Source: a virus
Virus record (IMG/VR): IMGVR_UViG_3300010375_000001
Location: 1 to 64,000 of that record
Strand: one strand, 5' to 3'
DNA length: 64,000 nucleotides
Positions 9,490 to 20,226 of the stretch are shown one piece after another. Positions within the stretch are counted from its first letter, which is position 1. Every line of letters begins with the position of its first letter. Position numbers and translations under genes: made by a program. The notes under the pieces are model-generated. The model was not told where the DNA came from, made no database searches, and saw only the letters and a list, made by a program, of their open reading frames with translations.

Positions 9490-11853
9490 ATGCAAGAGCA
9501 ATATACAGCTACCTATCCCAAGGACAATATTAATCCTAAAGATAAAGATGTCAACTGGGGCATGCAGTACGCTAAAAGTTCGTGGGCGGATTGGAACTAT
9601 ACTATACCTCGAACCGTGTTTTATAATGCGGCAGATAAGTATGAGGAACTTCGTCTATACGCATGCGGGAAACAGCCGGTCAATAAATATAAGAAGCTGA
9701 TGGGCGTTGATGAGCAGACGAACAATACGTATCTGAACCTTGATTGGACCGTGCGCCCCTTCATCATCCAGAAGCGGGATGTCGCGATCAGCAAGATCCT
9801 GCAAGCAGCACATAGTATCGTCTGTACGCCGATTGATCCCACCGCCAAGGCAGAACTCCAAGGGTACTATGCGGCGGCGAAGGCCAAGATCGCTATGCAA
9901 ATGATGATGCAGCAGCAGAACCCAGAACTAGCTAATCATCCGTTGCTGCAACAGGCACCCGGCGATCCGGAGGATTTTGAAGAGTTGCAAATGCGGATCG
10001 ATTTCGGCGAGCAGTTCAATAGGGCTAGGGATGCAGAGGAAGCGATACAGCTGGGCTTCTATGAGAACAACGAGAAGGAGTTCGATAAGAAAATGGTGGA
10101 GGACCTGTTCGATTGCGGAATAGCGGGCTACCGGGAATGGCTCGGCGATGATAACAAGCCGAAGTTTCGAAACATCAATCCCGAAGCGGTCATTACCAAT
10201 TACTGCCGCTACGCCGACTTCCGGGACCTGAAGCACGCCGGCGAAATCATCGACGTGCTGCTTGTCGATCTGGCCACCTTAACCGATAAAGAGGGCAACA
10301 TGGTCTTTAACGATGATCAGATTAAGGATATGGCCAACAACGTCGCTGGCAAATGGAGCAACCCGGCGATGGTCGGACGGAGTACGAACTACTTCAAGGG
10401 ATATGATAAGTTCAAGGTCAAGGTCCTGGATATTGAATTCTTTTCTTACAATGAACTGAATTTCGAGAGTAATATCAACCGGAGGGGCAATATCATTTTT
10501 TCCAATGCTCCCTGGGATAAGGAAAACAATGTTAAGAACAAGTATATCCGCAAGAAGATCAAGGTCGTCTACTGTTGCAAGTGGATTATCGGCACCGATT
10601 ACGCCTACGATTTCCATCTCAAGGAAGATATGAAAAGAGCCGTAGAACCGAAGAAGAAAGCCGATACCAGCTTGAGCTTCCGGTTCTATGCCCTCAACTT
10701 CTACGAAATGCGGGCTACAGGCATGATGGAGCGCTTGATGCCATTGGTGGATGATTACCAGCTGACCATTTACCACATCCAGAACTTCAAGAACCGGATG
10801 ATCCCCAACGGCTGGTGGATCGACCTGGATGCGCTGGAGAATGTGGCACTCAACAAGGGGGGCGAGAACATGAAGCCGATGGACCTGCTCGATATGTTCA
10901 TGACTACGGGCGTCCTGGTGGGGCGCTCCCAAGGAGTCATGGGGGATAACGTCAACTACAAGCCCATCATTCCGATCCAAAATACGCTCGCTACGGAATT
11001 GCAGGCGCTGTATAATGATCTGCAAATGACGATCAACCAGATACAGGCGATGATCGGCCTCAATGATATTACGGATGCCAGCACGCCCAGTCCCAAGCTG
11101 TTGAATGGCGTGGCGACGATGATGGACCAGGGCACCAATAACTCGCTTTATCCGCTGATGCAGGCCAAGAAGATGCTCAAAGAGAAGCTGGCCAACGATG
11201 TGCTCATCCGGATGCAACAGGGCTTAAGGAAAGGGGGTGTAGCGGGATATGCCCCGGCGTTGAACACCAATACGCTTAAGTTTATCGAGGTCAGTAACGT
11301 GCTCTGTCTAAGGGACTATGGGATTATACTGGAAGAGAAGCCCACCGACGAACAGAAGCAGTTCCTGTATCAGCAGCTGCAATTTGATATTCAAAACGGC
11401 TTTCTCGATACCTCCGATGCCTTCTATATTATGGATACCTATAATATTAAGCAGGCGCAGATGATCCTGTCGTATCGAGCGAAACGCAACAAGCAGCAGA
11501 TGGAGCAGGCTAAGCAAGCCGCTGCGGCTCAAACGATCCAGGGACAGCAACAAACGGCGCAGCTCTCGGCCCAGATGGCGCAACAACTGGAGCAACTCAA
11601 GCATCAAAACAAGATGGAGGAGATCGCCTTGCAAGGGCAGTTTACGCTGCAAGATACCCGTCTTAAGATGGGGCTACAGTTGCAGGGGCAAGAGCAGTCC
11701 AATCAAGTCGCGATGGCCGGGCATTTGATTGCCGCACAGACGAAGGAAAATATGCAGAAGCGAGAGAAGGGCATGCCGGAGGAACAGATCCAGCAGGGGG
11801 GCGAAAGCGGACCGGGCATGGAGCAAAACATACCCGAGGAGGCCATGAGCTAA
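9490..11853 (+). CDS. portal protein
   Basis: 787 aa ORF after TerL; YLNLDWT motif; Gln-rich coiled-coil C-terminus typical of podovirus-like portals. Confidence 0.8.
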   Translation: MQEQYTATYPKDNINPKDKDVNWGMQYAKSSWADWNYTIPRTVFYNAADKYEELRLYACGKQPVNKYKKLMGVDEQTNNTYLNLDWTVRPFIIQKRDVAISKILQAAHSIVCTPIDPTAKAELQGYYAAAKAKIAMQMMMQQQNPELANHPLLQQAPGDPEDFEELQMRIDFGEQFNRARDAEEAIQLGFYENNEKEFDKKMVEDLFDCGIAGYREWLGDDNKPKFRNINPEAVITNYCRYADFRDLKHAGEIIDVLLVDLATLTDKEGNMVFNDDQIKDMANNVAGKWSNPAMVGRSTNYFKGYDKFKVKVLDIEFFSYNELNFESNINRRGNIIFSNAPWDKENNVKNKYIRKKIKVVYCCKWIIGTDYAYDFHLKEDMKRAVEPKKKADTSLSFRFYALNFYEMRATGMMERLMPLVDDYQLTIYHIQNFKNRMIPNGWWIDLDALENVALNKGGENMKPMDLLDMFMTTGVLVGRSQGVMGDNVNYKPIIPIQNTLATELQALYNDLQMTINQIQAMIGLNDITDASTPSPKLLNGVATMMDQGTNNSLYPLMQAKKMLKEKLANDVLIRMQQGLRKGGVAGYAPALNTNTLKFIEVSNVLCLRDYGIILEEKPTDEQKQFLYQQLQFDIQNGFLDTSDAFYIMDTYNIKQAQMILSYRAKRNKQQMEQAKQAAAAQTIQGQQQTAQLSAQMAQQLEQLKHQNKMEEIALQGQFTLQDTRLKMGLQLQGQEQSNQVAMAGHLIAAQTKENMQKREKGMPEEQIQQGGESGPGMEQNIPEEAMS

Positions 11854-11938
11854 AACATCGCACGATCTGCTTTTTTTTATAATGGGTCTGTATACTCCTG
11901 TCTAATTTCGGGGACCTACAGCAGGAAAATAACCAATC

Positions 11939-13087
11939 ATGAGTTTTGAGGTTAGAAAGTTTTATGCGGATGAAGCTTCCGCTTACCCCTCTATTTCGTC
12001 TGAAGTGCTAGCCGCTATGGCCACCCAGGGCGTAAAGACGGACGCCGACAGTACCACTGCGGTCCCCGATATCATACTAGCCGAGCCGGTCAAGGCAGAA
12101 CCGGCAGCGGAGGCGGCCAAGCCGGCCGCAGAAGCCAAGCCCACCGAGGCGCCTGCTGTAGCAGAACCGGCAGCACCCGCTGCGGTTCCAGCGGTTCCCA
12201 CACCGTCCGTCACCGAGGCGCCCGCCGAGATAGGGATAGACTGGAGGGAACAGATTAAGAAAGTTGACGCATCAGATATATTAAAGGAGTTGGGCTATGA
12301 CGATAAAATGGTCGGCTTCTTTAACAAATGGCGAACCGATGGAAACATCAGCGAGTATCTAAAGGCCGTCACGGCTGATTTTGATAAGATGACACCGGAA
12401 CAATTGATGAGATATCAGTTGGAACAAAGTTATCCAGAATTCAGTCCGGCGGATATAGAAGAACTCTATCAGGCCAAGGTCATCGATGCCTATAAGTTGG
12501 ACCCTAACACATTTTCTGAGATAGAAGTACGTAGGGGCAATCTTATGCTGAAGGCCGACGCCAAAGCGGTTCGGGAAGCGCTTCAAAAGCAGCAGCAGGA
12601 ATATGTTCTTTCTGCCAAGCCTCCGGCTCCTGCGGTCGATCATTCGGCACAAGAGGCAGAGGCAAACCGAGAGAAATTGCGTGCTCAATATAGCGGTTAC
12701 CTCACCGGTAACCAGGCGACAAAAGATCTCTTAACCAATCGGCGGTTAGTGATGGGAGACGGCGAGGCTGCGTTTAACTACGAAATAGGCGATCCCCAAC
12801 GACTGCTGACCATCCTGCAAGAACCGCAGGAATATGCCCGCCACGTCTTTAATGAGGATGGAAGTCCGATCGTTGATAAGCAGCTCTTCATTGCCGCTGC
12901 CGCTCTCGATCATGTAGGACTGGCCAATAAACTGATTAAATATGGGCGAGATCTGGGGGCAAAGGCCCTGGTCGATCAAATTGAGAATGCAAAAAAACCG
13001 GCAGGAGAAATCAGCAAGGGCGATACGATGCCCGCTAGTCCTGCGGAGGCGATGGCCCGCTTCGGCGTGATTACTTCCAACTCTTGA
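11939..13087 (+). CDS. putative capsid scaffolding protein
   Basis: Acidic, PA/EA-rich disordered N-terminus then helical; between portal and capsid genes. Confidence 0.6.
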   Translation: MSFEVRKFYADEASAYPSISSEVLAAMATQGVKTDADSTTAVPDIILAEPVKAEPAAEAAKPAAEAKPTEAPAVAEPAAPAAVPAVPTPSVTEAPAEIGIDWREQIKKVDASDILKELGYDDKMVGFFNKWRTDGNISEYLKAVTADFDKMTPEQLMRYQLEQSYPEFSPADIEELYQAKVIDAYKLDPNTFSEIEVRRGNLMLKADAKAVREALQKQQQEYVLSAKPPAPAVDHSAQEAEANREKLRAQYSGYLTGNQATKDLLTNRRLVMGDGEAAFNYEIGDPQRLLTILQEPQEYARHVFNEDGSPIVDKQLFIAAAALDHVGLANKLIKYGRDLGAKALVDQIENAKKPAGEISKGDTMPASPAEAMARFGVITSNS

Positions 13088-13133
13088 TAGCGTCAGCTGC
13101 TACTTTATTTTTTCAATTTCAACTCTTCCCATC

Positions 13134-14483
13134 ATGGCAGCAGGTCAACAGGGAACGATGAACAAAGCGTTTGTGAGCGCCATCTCGTTCCTGGATCAAC
13201 GCGATATCAACCCGAATTTACTCGATCAGTCTCGCGATGCGGAATTTACCGACATCATGAAGCTCGTCAATCGGTACAAAGAAGCAAAGGTCCCCATCTA
13301 CAATTATTTTGTCAACAACGACGTGTTCGCGGATAGCACCATCGCATCGGTTTCCAGCGGCTACGGAACAGCTATTATGACGGTCGTGCTTACCTCGGCC
13401 ACTTCCGGTTATGCCCGTCTCAACGATCTGGCGCGTAGCTCCAACACCAATATGATTGGGCAGCAAGCTCTCGTTACGCTGGTCACCAGCGTATCTGGAG
13501 TAGATACCGTGAAGTTGCAATCCGTCAACAATCAGCCGCTCTATGCAGTGGCGGGGGATATCCTCTCCTGGTCGTCCAACGCCTTCGGTGAAAATTCCGT
13601 GGCGCCGCCTAACCGGAAATACGGCGTTACCCGGTACATCAACCAGGTGCAGGTTTTCCGCGAAGTCGATGAGATCACCGATATCCAGAAGGTATCCAAG
13701 ATCGAAGTCTCCATCCAGGGCCAGCCGTATTACACGCCCCTCAACCACATCTACAAGCTCAAATCGCTGAATGGGTTTATTTCCGCCCAGATGATTGCCG
13801 GCGTGCAGTCCAGCACGCTCTTCGCCGATTCGAGCCCCTATCTGGCCGATGCGAACGGCAACCCAATCCAGACGACCATGGGGATGGATCAGTACATTAC
13901 CACGTATGGTGCCACCAATCAGGTGGCAACCTTGGGAACGGTTGGGTTTTCCGATGTCAATACGATGATCGACACCTTCCTGGCCAACAAGGCGCCTCGG
14001 GATCAGATGGGCTTCTGCGGTAGCCGCGCGAAACGCCCGTTCGATGTTTGGTTGAAGAACCTCGGCTCTTCTGGCGTCACCTCCGTCCGCCTGATCATCG
14101 ACGGGAAGGAAGTGAACATGGAAGTCGATAAGTTCAGCTACGGCAATTTCGAGTGGGAGTTCATCTACCTACCCATCTTTGACCACCCGCAGCTCTTCGG
14201 TCCGACGATCACCCCGGATATCAACGGGTCGATCTATTGGATTCCGAAAGACAAGATCCAGGTCGAAGGTGGCGGGATGGAGCCGCGCATTCAGATTCGT
14301 TATCTGCCCAAAGCCATGGCCGGTGGTAACTCGATGTCAAACGGGATCATCACCGAGTGGCACACAGGTGCCCTTGCTCCGATCCCGACGAACAGCCAGA
14401 TGGTCTGGCATACGGACTGGTATACGGTACAGGGCTTAGAGATGCTCGGTGTGAAACACATGATGAAGTTCCGGGTTCAGTAA
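13134..14483 (+). CDS. major capsid protein
   Basis: 449 aa after scaffold; GENS..P, QVFRE..EIT and TTMGMDQYI segments fit HK97-fold capsids; followed by a strong hairpin. Confidence 0.75.
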   Translation: MAAGQQGTMNKAFVSAISFLDQRDINPNLLDQSRDAEFTDIMKLVNRYKEAKVPIYNYFVNNDVFADSTIASVSSGYGTAIMTVVLTSATSGYARLNDLARSSNTNMIGQQALVTLVTSVSGVDTVKLQSVNNQPLYAVAGDILSWSSNAFGENSVAPPNRKYGVTRYINQVQVFREVDEITDIQKVSKIEVSIQGQPYYTPLNHIYKLKSLNGFISAQMIAGVQSSTLFADSSPYLADANGNPIQTTMGMDQYITTYGATNQVATLGTVGFSDVNTMIDTFLANKAPRDQMGFCGSRAKRPFDVWLKNLGSSGVTSVRLIIDGKEVNMEVDKFSYGNFEWEFIYLPIFDHPQLFGPTITPDINGSIYWIPKDKIQVEGGGMEPRIQIRYLPKAMAGGNSMSNGIITEWHTGALAPIPTNSQMVWHTDWYTVQGLEMLGVKHMMKFRVQ

Positions 14484-14490
14484 ACATAGA

Positions 14491-14514
14491 GGGGAGCCCT
14501 CCGGGGCTCCCTTC
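14491..14514 (+). terminator. hairpin/terminator after major capsid gene
   Basis: GGGAGCCC-TCCG-GGGCTCCC followed by a short T tract. Confidence 0.6.
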
Positions 14515-14539
14515 ACTATAGCCAATAAATATAACCAAT

Positions 14540-15418
14540 ATGTTACAAGCAATTGATCGCTTCAACCAGCTCTCCACAATGATGCGGGAAAGGCTGAACG
14601 AGTCCAGAAAAAACGCTGGGCAGTTTGTCAAATACAAATTCTACATCGGAAACAGAAACCCTGATGGCGAAAAGCGTGCGGCTGGAGAGTTGATTTATCC
14701 CATGACCTATACTGTGTCGCCGGTCACCTATCAGATCATTGATCCTGGCGATAACAAACTCAAGATGATCGGCATGACCGATGGGAAACAGCAGTACGAT
14801 GGGGAAAAAGAAGGGTGGCATTTTCGGCGCGTGCAGGTAATCGAACGGGAGCGCGGTATTAAAACGCTTGATCTGACTATCCCTGAACACATAGAGCAAT
14901 TTGAATACCTGGAGCTGCACCCCAAGCTGGAGGGCGGTGTCTTTCGGGATAAGCATACGCCAGCGATGTTCGCACGCGTCGATGAACTCAAGGAAGCCAA
15001 AACAAAGTTGAAGACCAGGGAGCTTCGAAGCACAGCGCTGATGGTATCCACCAAGATGAATGAAGAGGAGGTCCGGGCATTCGCCGCCGCCATGAACTGG
15101 AATGAGATGGATGACTTGGATATCCTCCGTGATAAGATGACCCATATCGCCGATACCGATCCGGAATTCTTCCGCAAGTTCGTTGAAGATCCGAAGCAGG
15201 AGTATAAGGCCACCACGAAGAGAGCCATAGATGCCAATATCATCAGCTACGTGCCTACAGAGAACAAATTTATCTGGGCTTCCAACGGCAGCACCATCGC
15301 GATGATGGAGCGGGCCGATGGAGTCAGTTACTTGGAGCAAATGGCAGACTGGTTTATGGCTCACAAAAACGGTCAGGATACCTATAAGAAAATTAAAAGT
15401 TTAATCACGGGTAAGTAA
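14540..15418 (+). CDS. conserved capsid-module protein, function unknown
   Basis: Clean 292 aa ORF directly after the capsid gene. Confidence 0.6.
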   Translation: MLQAIDRFNQLSTMMRERLNESRKNAGQFVKYKFYIGNRNPDGEKRAAGELIYPMTYTVSPVTYQIIDPGDNKLKMIGMTDGKQQYDGEKEGWHFRRVQVIERERGIKTLDLTIPEHIEQFEYLELHPKLEGGVFRDKHTPAMFARVDELKEAKTKLKTRELRSTALMVSTKMNEEEVRAFAAAMNWNEMDDLDILRDKMTHIADTDPEFFRKFVEDPKQEYKATTKRAIDANIISYVPTENKFIWASNGSTIAMMERADGVSYLEQMADWFMAHKNGQDTYKKIKSLITGK

Positions 15419-15475
15419 AGCAATTGGTTATAGTCCTCCTGGATGTCTTCACGCTGGGAGATCTTATTTCAATAT

Positions 15476-16717
15476 ATGCCGGACCTCAGTCAATACATAT
15501 CGATCGCTGTAGTGCTGGACAAGAGTCAGCCAAGCCCCATCCTGAAAGTGGTCGATAACTCGAATTATCCAACCGGCGTTGCGCAAACCATCGCTGGTAT
15601 CTTATCGGTGACACAGCCGGATAACATCACCGTTGCTAATTCCAATTTTTCGGCGCCCGATATCTTTTGGAGTAGCGGAGCACTTGTGCCGGCTATCTTG
15701 GAATTGCGTTTGGATACCAGCCAGACCTTTCAGCGTAGCGGACCAGGGTACACCGTCATCTATACAGTTAGAGCGCCAGGATATAGCGATACGGTGCTGA
15801 CGAAGACGTTTACTCTTCAGTACACGCCATCGACGTTAATCATTACAAACAACTTCGACATCTTCACCCCGCAACTGAGCGTGCAAGATAGCACGACATA
15901 TACTCAAACCGGCGTGACGTTCGACTCCGTAACCGATAGCTGGGGAGCGCAGATCATAACGGTAAACGGAACAACGCAAACCATTACCGGCAGTGGTCAG
16001 ACGTTTGATCTGGCATACCTAGGCCAATATTACGATGCGCAGTACGATGTAGGGTTGACCGTAACGCCAATCTATACCATTACAGCCAGCTCGTTTGTCA
16101 CGGTAATCGATCAATTACAAACCTCAACGACTTTATATGCCAGGGTGGCACCGACGTTATCCGCATTACAAACGGATTTGGCTAACCTTAAAAGCCAGCT
16201 GGACGCGGCAGTCTGCGACTGCAACTTGTATCAAATATTGTTTGATCGTTATAATCTTGCTTCTGCTATTTATAGTCAGTTGGTGGCTCGCGGACAAAGC
16301 GGGTCATTGGCCGGGCTAAACCAGTATATTAACCAACTGCTGAAGATCTTCAACAACAATGTAACTCCGACTTATGTCAACACGAATCAGGTTATACCTC
16401 CGTATGACTGGGGAACCGGCTCAGGAACGGTTAACTGGACGGATATTCTTGGCAGACCAAATACCGTTACGGTCGAATGGCTAGTCGCTCCTGCCAATGG
16501 TTTTCCTGGACCTGGCGCGACCATCTATACAGATAACCGTATGACCGATGTTGCGGCGAGTCGCATTTACGTTTTTCGAAATGGCTTTCCGCAGTTCAAC
16601 GCCAATCCAACGGATGGGGATACGTACTACACGAAGAATACCGCAGACAACTTCTTAACTTTTTCATCTCCCCTAGGCGCCGGCGAAAAAATCATTGTGC
16701 TCATCTTACCGTTATGA
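15476..16717 (+). CDS. putative structural (tail/neck) protein
   Basis: Thr/Ser/Val-rich beta composition; ATG at 15476 has an A-rich leader. Confidence 0.55.
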   Translation: MPDLSQYISIAVVLDKSQPSPILKVVDNSNYPTGVAQTIAGILSVTQPDNITVANSNFSAPDIFWSSGALVPAILELRLDTSQTFQRSGPGYTVIYTVRAPGYSDTVLTKTFTLQYTPSTLIITNNFDIFTPQLSVQDSTTYTQTGVTFDSVTDSWGAQIITVNGTTQTITGSGQTFDLAYLGQYYDAQYDVGLTVTPIYTITASSFVTVIDQLQTSTTLYARVAPTLSALQTDLANLKSQLDAAVCDCNLYQILFDRYNLASAIYSQLVARGQSGSLAGLNQYINQLLKIFNNNVTPTYVNTNQVIPPYDWGTGSGTVNWTDILGRPNTVTVEWLVAPANGFPGPGATIYTDNRMTDVAASRIYVFRNGFPQFNANPTDGDTYYTKNTADNFLTFSSPLGAGEKIIVLILPL

Positions 16718-18915
16718 GAAAGATACTGATATTAATATTGGTTTTGATTGCGGCTTGTGCAAAATCCCAGACCATTCAATATTTGGGTGGGCCGACGACC
16801 CAAATCTATGTCCGGGGACAGTTGCGAGTCGATACGGTGGTCTATCTTCCCCTGAATGATACGACCTTTACTCCATCCCAGCGCGGCGCTGTTGTTTATA
16901 AAACCAGTAACAATCAATTGTACCTATGGACCGGGTCCAGCTGGTCGCGTATTCTCATCGGGTCAATCGCGTGGGGGGAAATTATCGGCACCCTGTCGAA
17001 TCAGACAGACCTGATCAGCTTTCTTTCTGCGACCTATCAACCTAAGACCACTTTCGGATATGGCCTTCATCAGGCGGGCAGCACCGTCACCTATGATTCT
17101 GCCCTTATCCGCAAGGTAGATACTCTATATCGACTGAACGACTCCACCATCCAATACGTGCTGAATGGCAACTCTCATACGGTACTGTTACGAGGCACGG
17201 CGGCAGGCGGCATCTCCTCACTTGTCTTTACCATTCCGACGACACTTTTCAATTCGCCGGTGACGTTCTCCAACTCTGGCGGAGCCTGGACTGGCACGGC
17301 TACCCTAGCCAATCAAAACGCAAACGTTATTCTCGCCGGCCCGTCGGTAGGTTCTCCATCGGCGCCGACCTTCCGATCGTTAACAACGGGAGACCTGCCT
17401 ATCAATATCCCCAACGGAAACTTGCAAAATTCTTCCATTAATGTAGGCTTGAACACGACGGGACTGACGCCTGCTTGGGATGTTTCGAGTGTTGCATTAG
17501 GAGGATCGATAAACCTGCAAGTCCCCTATGCAGACCCTACCCACACGGGATTTCTACAGGCCACCGACTGGGTAAGCTTTCAAAGTCGAATGGTTAATTT
17601 CGGTAATGCGCCGGGTTGGCAAACGGGAACACTGGCCGCTATTCCGGCTGCAACTACATTATTGCCGGGTACTCATTACACGGCTGTAGATAGCGGCACC
17701 GTCTATGTAGATACCGGCAGCGGAGGCACAAGGGGCTGGAAACAAATTTCAGGCGGCAGCGCCGCCATCACTACGGCCAATTCAATTGTCGGGACGGGCA
17801 GCTCCGGCAATCCTATTCAATTGTCCGGAGATGCCAGTTCGCCCGGAAACAGCAAGTACTACGGAACAAACAGCGGAGGCACAAGGGGATTTTTTTCTTT
17901 GCCTTCCAGCGCGTCCGGAGCCAATCCTACGGGAGTTGTTGGATTGACGGCAGTAAACGGAAGTGCTCCCACCTTTCTTAGATCTGATGGGGCACCGGCC
18001 CTGGATGTAGGTATTTCGCCGACCTGGACGGGCAGCCACCAGTTTAATCAGCCGATTACTGTCTCCAATAGCGGAACCATGATTATCTCTGGTTCATTTT
18101 TTGGAACTAGTAGTGCGGATGATATCAGCGTTTATGCAGGTGGTACGGCACGTTGGGCATTTGTGCGGCCTACCGTGGCCCACAACGCAGGATTCACTGT
18201 TGCAGGCTCTTCTATAGGTCCTGGAGATTCAAGCGGATACTTGATTACAACAAGGCAGGTAGCTACCAATTTTCCGGTGGCTATGCTAATTCCAACTACC
18301 GCACATAAACGAATGTTCCTTGACATCGTTCCCTCAGATACTCTTGATTATTTAGGAAACGGGATAGCGACAATCGATATCTGCAATCAGCCGCTCGATA
18401 GCAGCAAAAATACTACTGGCGCCTTGCGACTTGCGGCCCACGCTAACAGTGTTGATGTGGGGTCGTTTGTTGTTGGCATCGCGCCTCTCCCTGATGTACA
18501 TATCATTTATGGTGTCGGCAATACCGTAATTGGCATTGGAAGCGGCGGAACGACCATAGCGGGAAATACTTATATGGCTAGAAGCCTCGGAAGCGGTAGC
18601 GCTCCGACGACTACAAGTCTGGGAACCAATGTAGTTTCCGCCACAGTTACGGGGACAGACCGATTTATGCAGATTGTTATTGTTACCTCCGGCGCAGTCA
18701 ATGGAGCCCTCTGCACCATTACCCTATCTACCACATGGCCCAATACGCCGATACCCGTAATGGTTCCCGCAGATGCAACAACAGGAACCAACGTCGCAGG
18801 CACAACAGGTGGCTATTTTGCCATTGGAGGCGCTTCGACTACGACGTTAACCGTCAATGGAAAGTTCACTAGCGCCGGGACCTACACTTTTAATATTATG
18901 ATAGGGGGCAATTAA
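16714..18915 (+). CDS. tail-fibre-like Gly/Thr/Ser-rich protein with N-terminal signal peptide
   Basis: WGEIIGTLSNQTDL and PTFRSLTTGDLP fibre-like motifs; N-terminus MRKILILILVLIAACAKS|Q. Confidence 0.6.
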   Translation: MRKILILILVLIAACAKSQTIQYLGGPTTQIYVRGQLRVDTVVYLPLNDTTFTPSQRGAVVYKTSNNQLYLWTGSSWSRILIGSIAWGEIIGTLSNQTDLISFLSATYQPKTTFGYGLHQAGSTVTYDSALIRKVDTLYRLNDSTIQYVLNGNSHTVLLRGTAAGGISSLVFTIPTTLFNSPVTFSNSGGAWTGTATLANQNANVILAGPSVGSPSAPTFRSLTTGDLPINIPNGNLQNSSINVGLNTTGLTPAWDVSSVALGGSINLQVPYADPTHTGFLQATDWVSFQSRMVNFGNAPGWQTGTLAAIPAATTLLPGTHYTAVDSGTVYVDTGSGGTRGWKQISGGSAAITTANSIVGTGSSGNPIQLSGDASSPGNSKYYGTNSGGTRGFFSLPSSASGANPTGVVGLTAVNGSAPTFLRSDGAPALDVGISPTWTGSHQFNQPITVSNSGTMIISGSFFGTSSADDISVYAGGTARWAFVRPTVAHNAGFTVAGSSIGPGDSSGYLITTRQVATNFPVAMLIPTTAHKRMFLDIVPSDTLDYLGNGIATIDICNQPLDSSKNTTGALRLAAHANSVDVGSFVVGIAPLPDVHIIYGVGNTVIGIGSGGTTIAGNTYMARSLGSGSAPTTTSLGTNVVSATVTGTDRFMQIVIVTSGAVNGALCTITLSTTWPNTPIPVMVPADATTGTNVAGTTGGYFAIGGASTTTLTVNGKFTSAGTYTFNIMIGGN

Positions 18916-18926
18916 ACTTTTTCTAT

Positions 18927-20225
18927 ATGGCACTCAAAAAAGTTGGCTTAGGAGAATATAACGCTTTTGTTATCGGGATCGATAACCAGGTGTACGATGG
19001 AACTACCGGCACGCCGACAAAAGTGCCGGGGCAACCAGCAAAGGCGGTCGATGTACAAGGCGGCCTTCATACCCACGGCTTAATCGATGATGCGGGCAAT
19101 GCCTGGGGTTGGGGCGACAATGCAAGCCAGTGGGCCGGACCCGGAACTACGACTCCCATAACCGCTGCCACAAAGTTTGCCAGTGGGGTTAAGCAGATCG
19201 TCCCCTATTTCACAGCCGGCGAAGGCTTTGCCGTCATTAAAGCAGACGGCTCCCTGTGGATGTATGGAAACACGACGCAAGGACTTAGCGGAGATGGTAC
19301 AGGCGGTTCGGCAACTACCTCCGTTCCTGTGCGCGTTAAGTTTCCGGCGGGAACGGTCATTATAGATGTATGGATTAACGGATGTGCTTTCGCTTTGGAT
19401 AGCGTCGGAAACGTCTATAGCTGGGGGTTTGCCGGAGGTCAAAACGCCGCTGCCGTGCTGGCTCAGGGGACTAACAGCCCCGTATCGAACGTGCCCACTA
19501 AAGTGCCTTTGCCTGGGCCGGCAGTCGCGATCTGCGGCCACCAATGGGCAGTTCATTTCCTTCTGGCCAATGGGCAGCTATACGCCTGCGGGTCCGATTC
19601 CCGCTACTACGGTTATGTCCTTTTCCAATTGCCTGCGCTTCCGAATGCCCCGATCCGGGTCGATACGCTCTATAAATTCCCCGCTGCGATATTGCAAATA
19701 AGCGCCAACTACATGACCACCTACGCCATCCTGGTGGATGGCTCCCTATGGGCATGGGGGGAAAACACTTCGGGAACCGTAGGCAACGGGCAGGAAACGA
19801 ACATGCTGGCGACCAATCCCCAGTATTCGGCGCCGTGGTTTAATTCTCCGCAATGGAACTTGCCCACCAATCAAGGGGGTGCCTTATTCCAACAACTGCC
19901 TGTTCAAGTAAGTAAAGGGATCAAGTTCGTCCATTTGAAACGCGGGACTTGTTATGTGATGTACATGTGGGCTGAAGATGCGAGTGGACAGCTTTATTCG
20001 GTAGGCCGCAACAAAAGCTACGTATGTTGGAATGGGAAAGGCGGTTCCTCTACGCTGCAAGCCACTCAGCCCAATCTGTGGGATGTGCTGACGTTTACGC
20101 CCATCATAAATTATTCATCCGTTTTTGGAAATGTTCCCGTGCCTACCCCGCCTACACCATGTCCGAGCATATTGAAAGTGATGACTATTGTGACGTGGTC
20201 CGATGGACATGTAAGCACTTACTAA
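18927..20225 (+). CDS. RCC1/BLIP-II repeat beta-propeller protein
   Basis: Repeated DG.(L/V)W.WG.N..G / P..V units (GNAWGWGDN, GSLWMYGN, GNVYSWG, GSLWAWGEN, GQLYSVGRN). Confidence 0.8.
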   Translation: MALKKVGLGEYNAFVIGIDNQVYDGTTGTPTKVPGQPAKAVDVQGGLHTHGLIDDAGNAWGWGDNASQWAGPGTTTPITAATKFASGVKQIVPYFTAGEGFAVIKADGSLWMYGNTTQGLSGDGTGGSATTSVPVRVKFPAGTVIIDVWINGCAFALDSVGNVYSWGFAGGQNAAAVLAQGTNSPVSNVPTKVPLPGPAVAICGHQWAVHFLLANGQLYACGSDSRYYGYVLFQLPALPNAPIRVDTLYKFPAAILQISANYMTTYAILVDGSLWAWGENTSGTVGNGQETNMLATNPQYSAPWFNSPQWNLPTNQGGALFQQLPVQVSKGIKFVHLKRGTCYVMYMWAEDASGQLYSVGRNKSYVCWNGKGGSSTLQATQPNLWDVLTFTPIINYSSVFGNVPVPTPPTPCPSILKVMTIVTWSDGHVSTY

Positions 20226-20226
20226 A

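Noticed and set aside
5871-15364. Long antisense ORFs (5871-6650, 10279-11217, 14543-15364)
   Set aside because: They are shadows of strongly coding + strand genes, with no motifs or start context.
17718-17888. DGR template/variable repeat (CAGCGGAGGCACAAGGGG twice in the fibre gene)
   Set aside because: Only an 18-nt internal repeat, with no adenine-specific divergence and no reverse transcriptase in the window.
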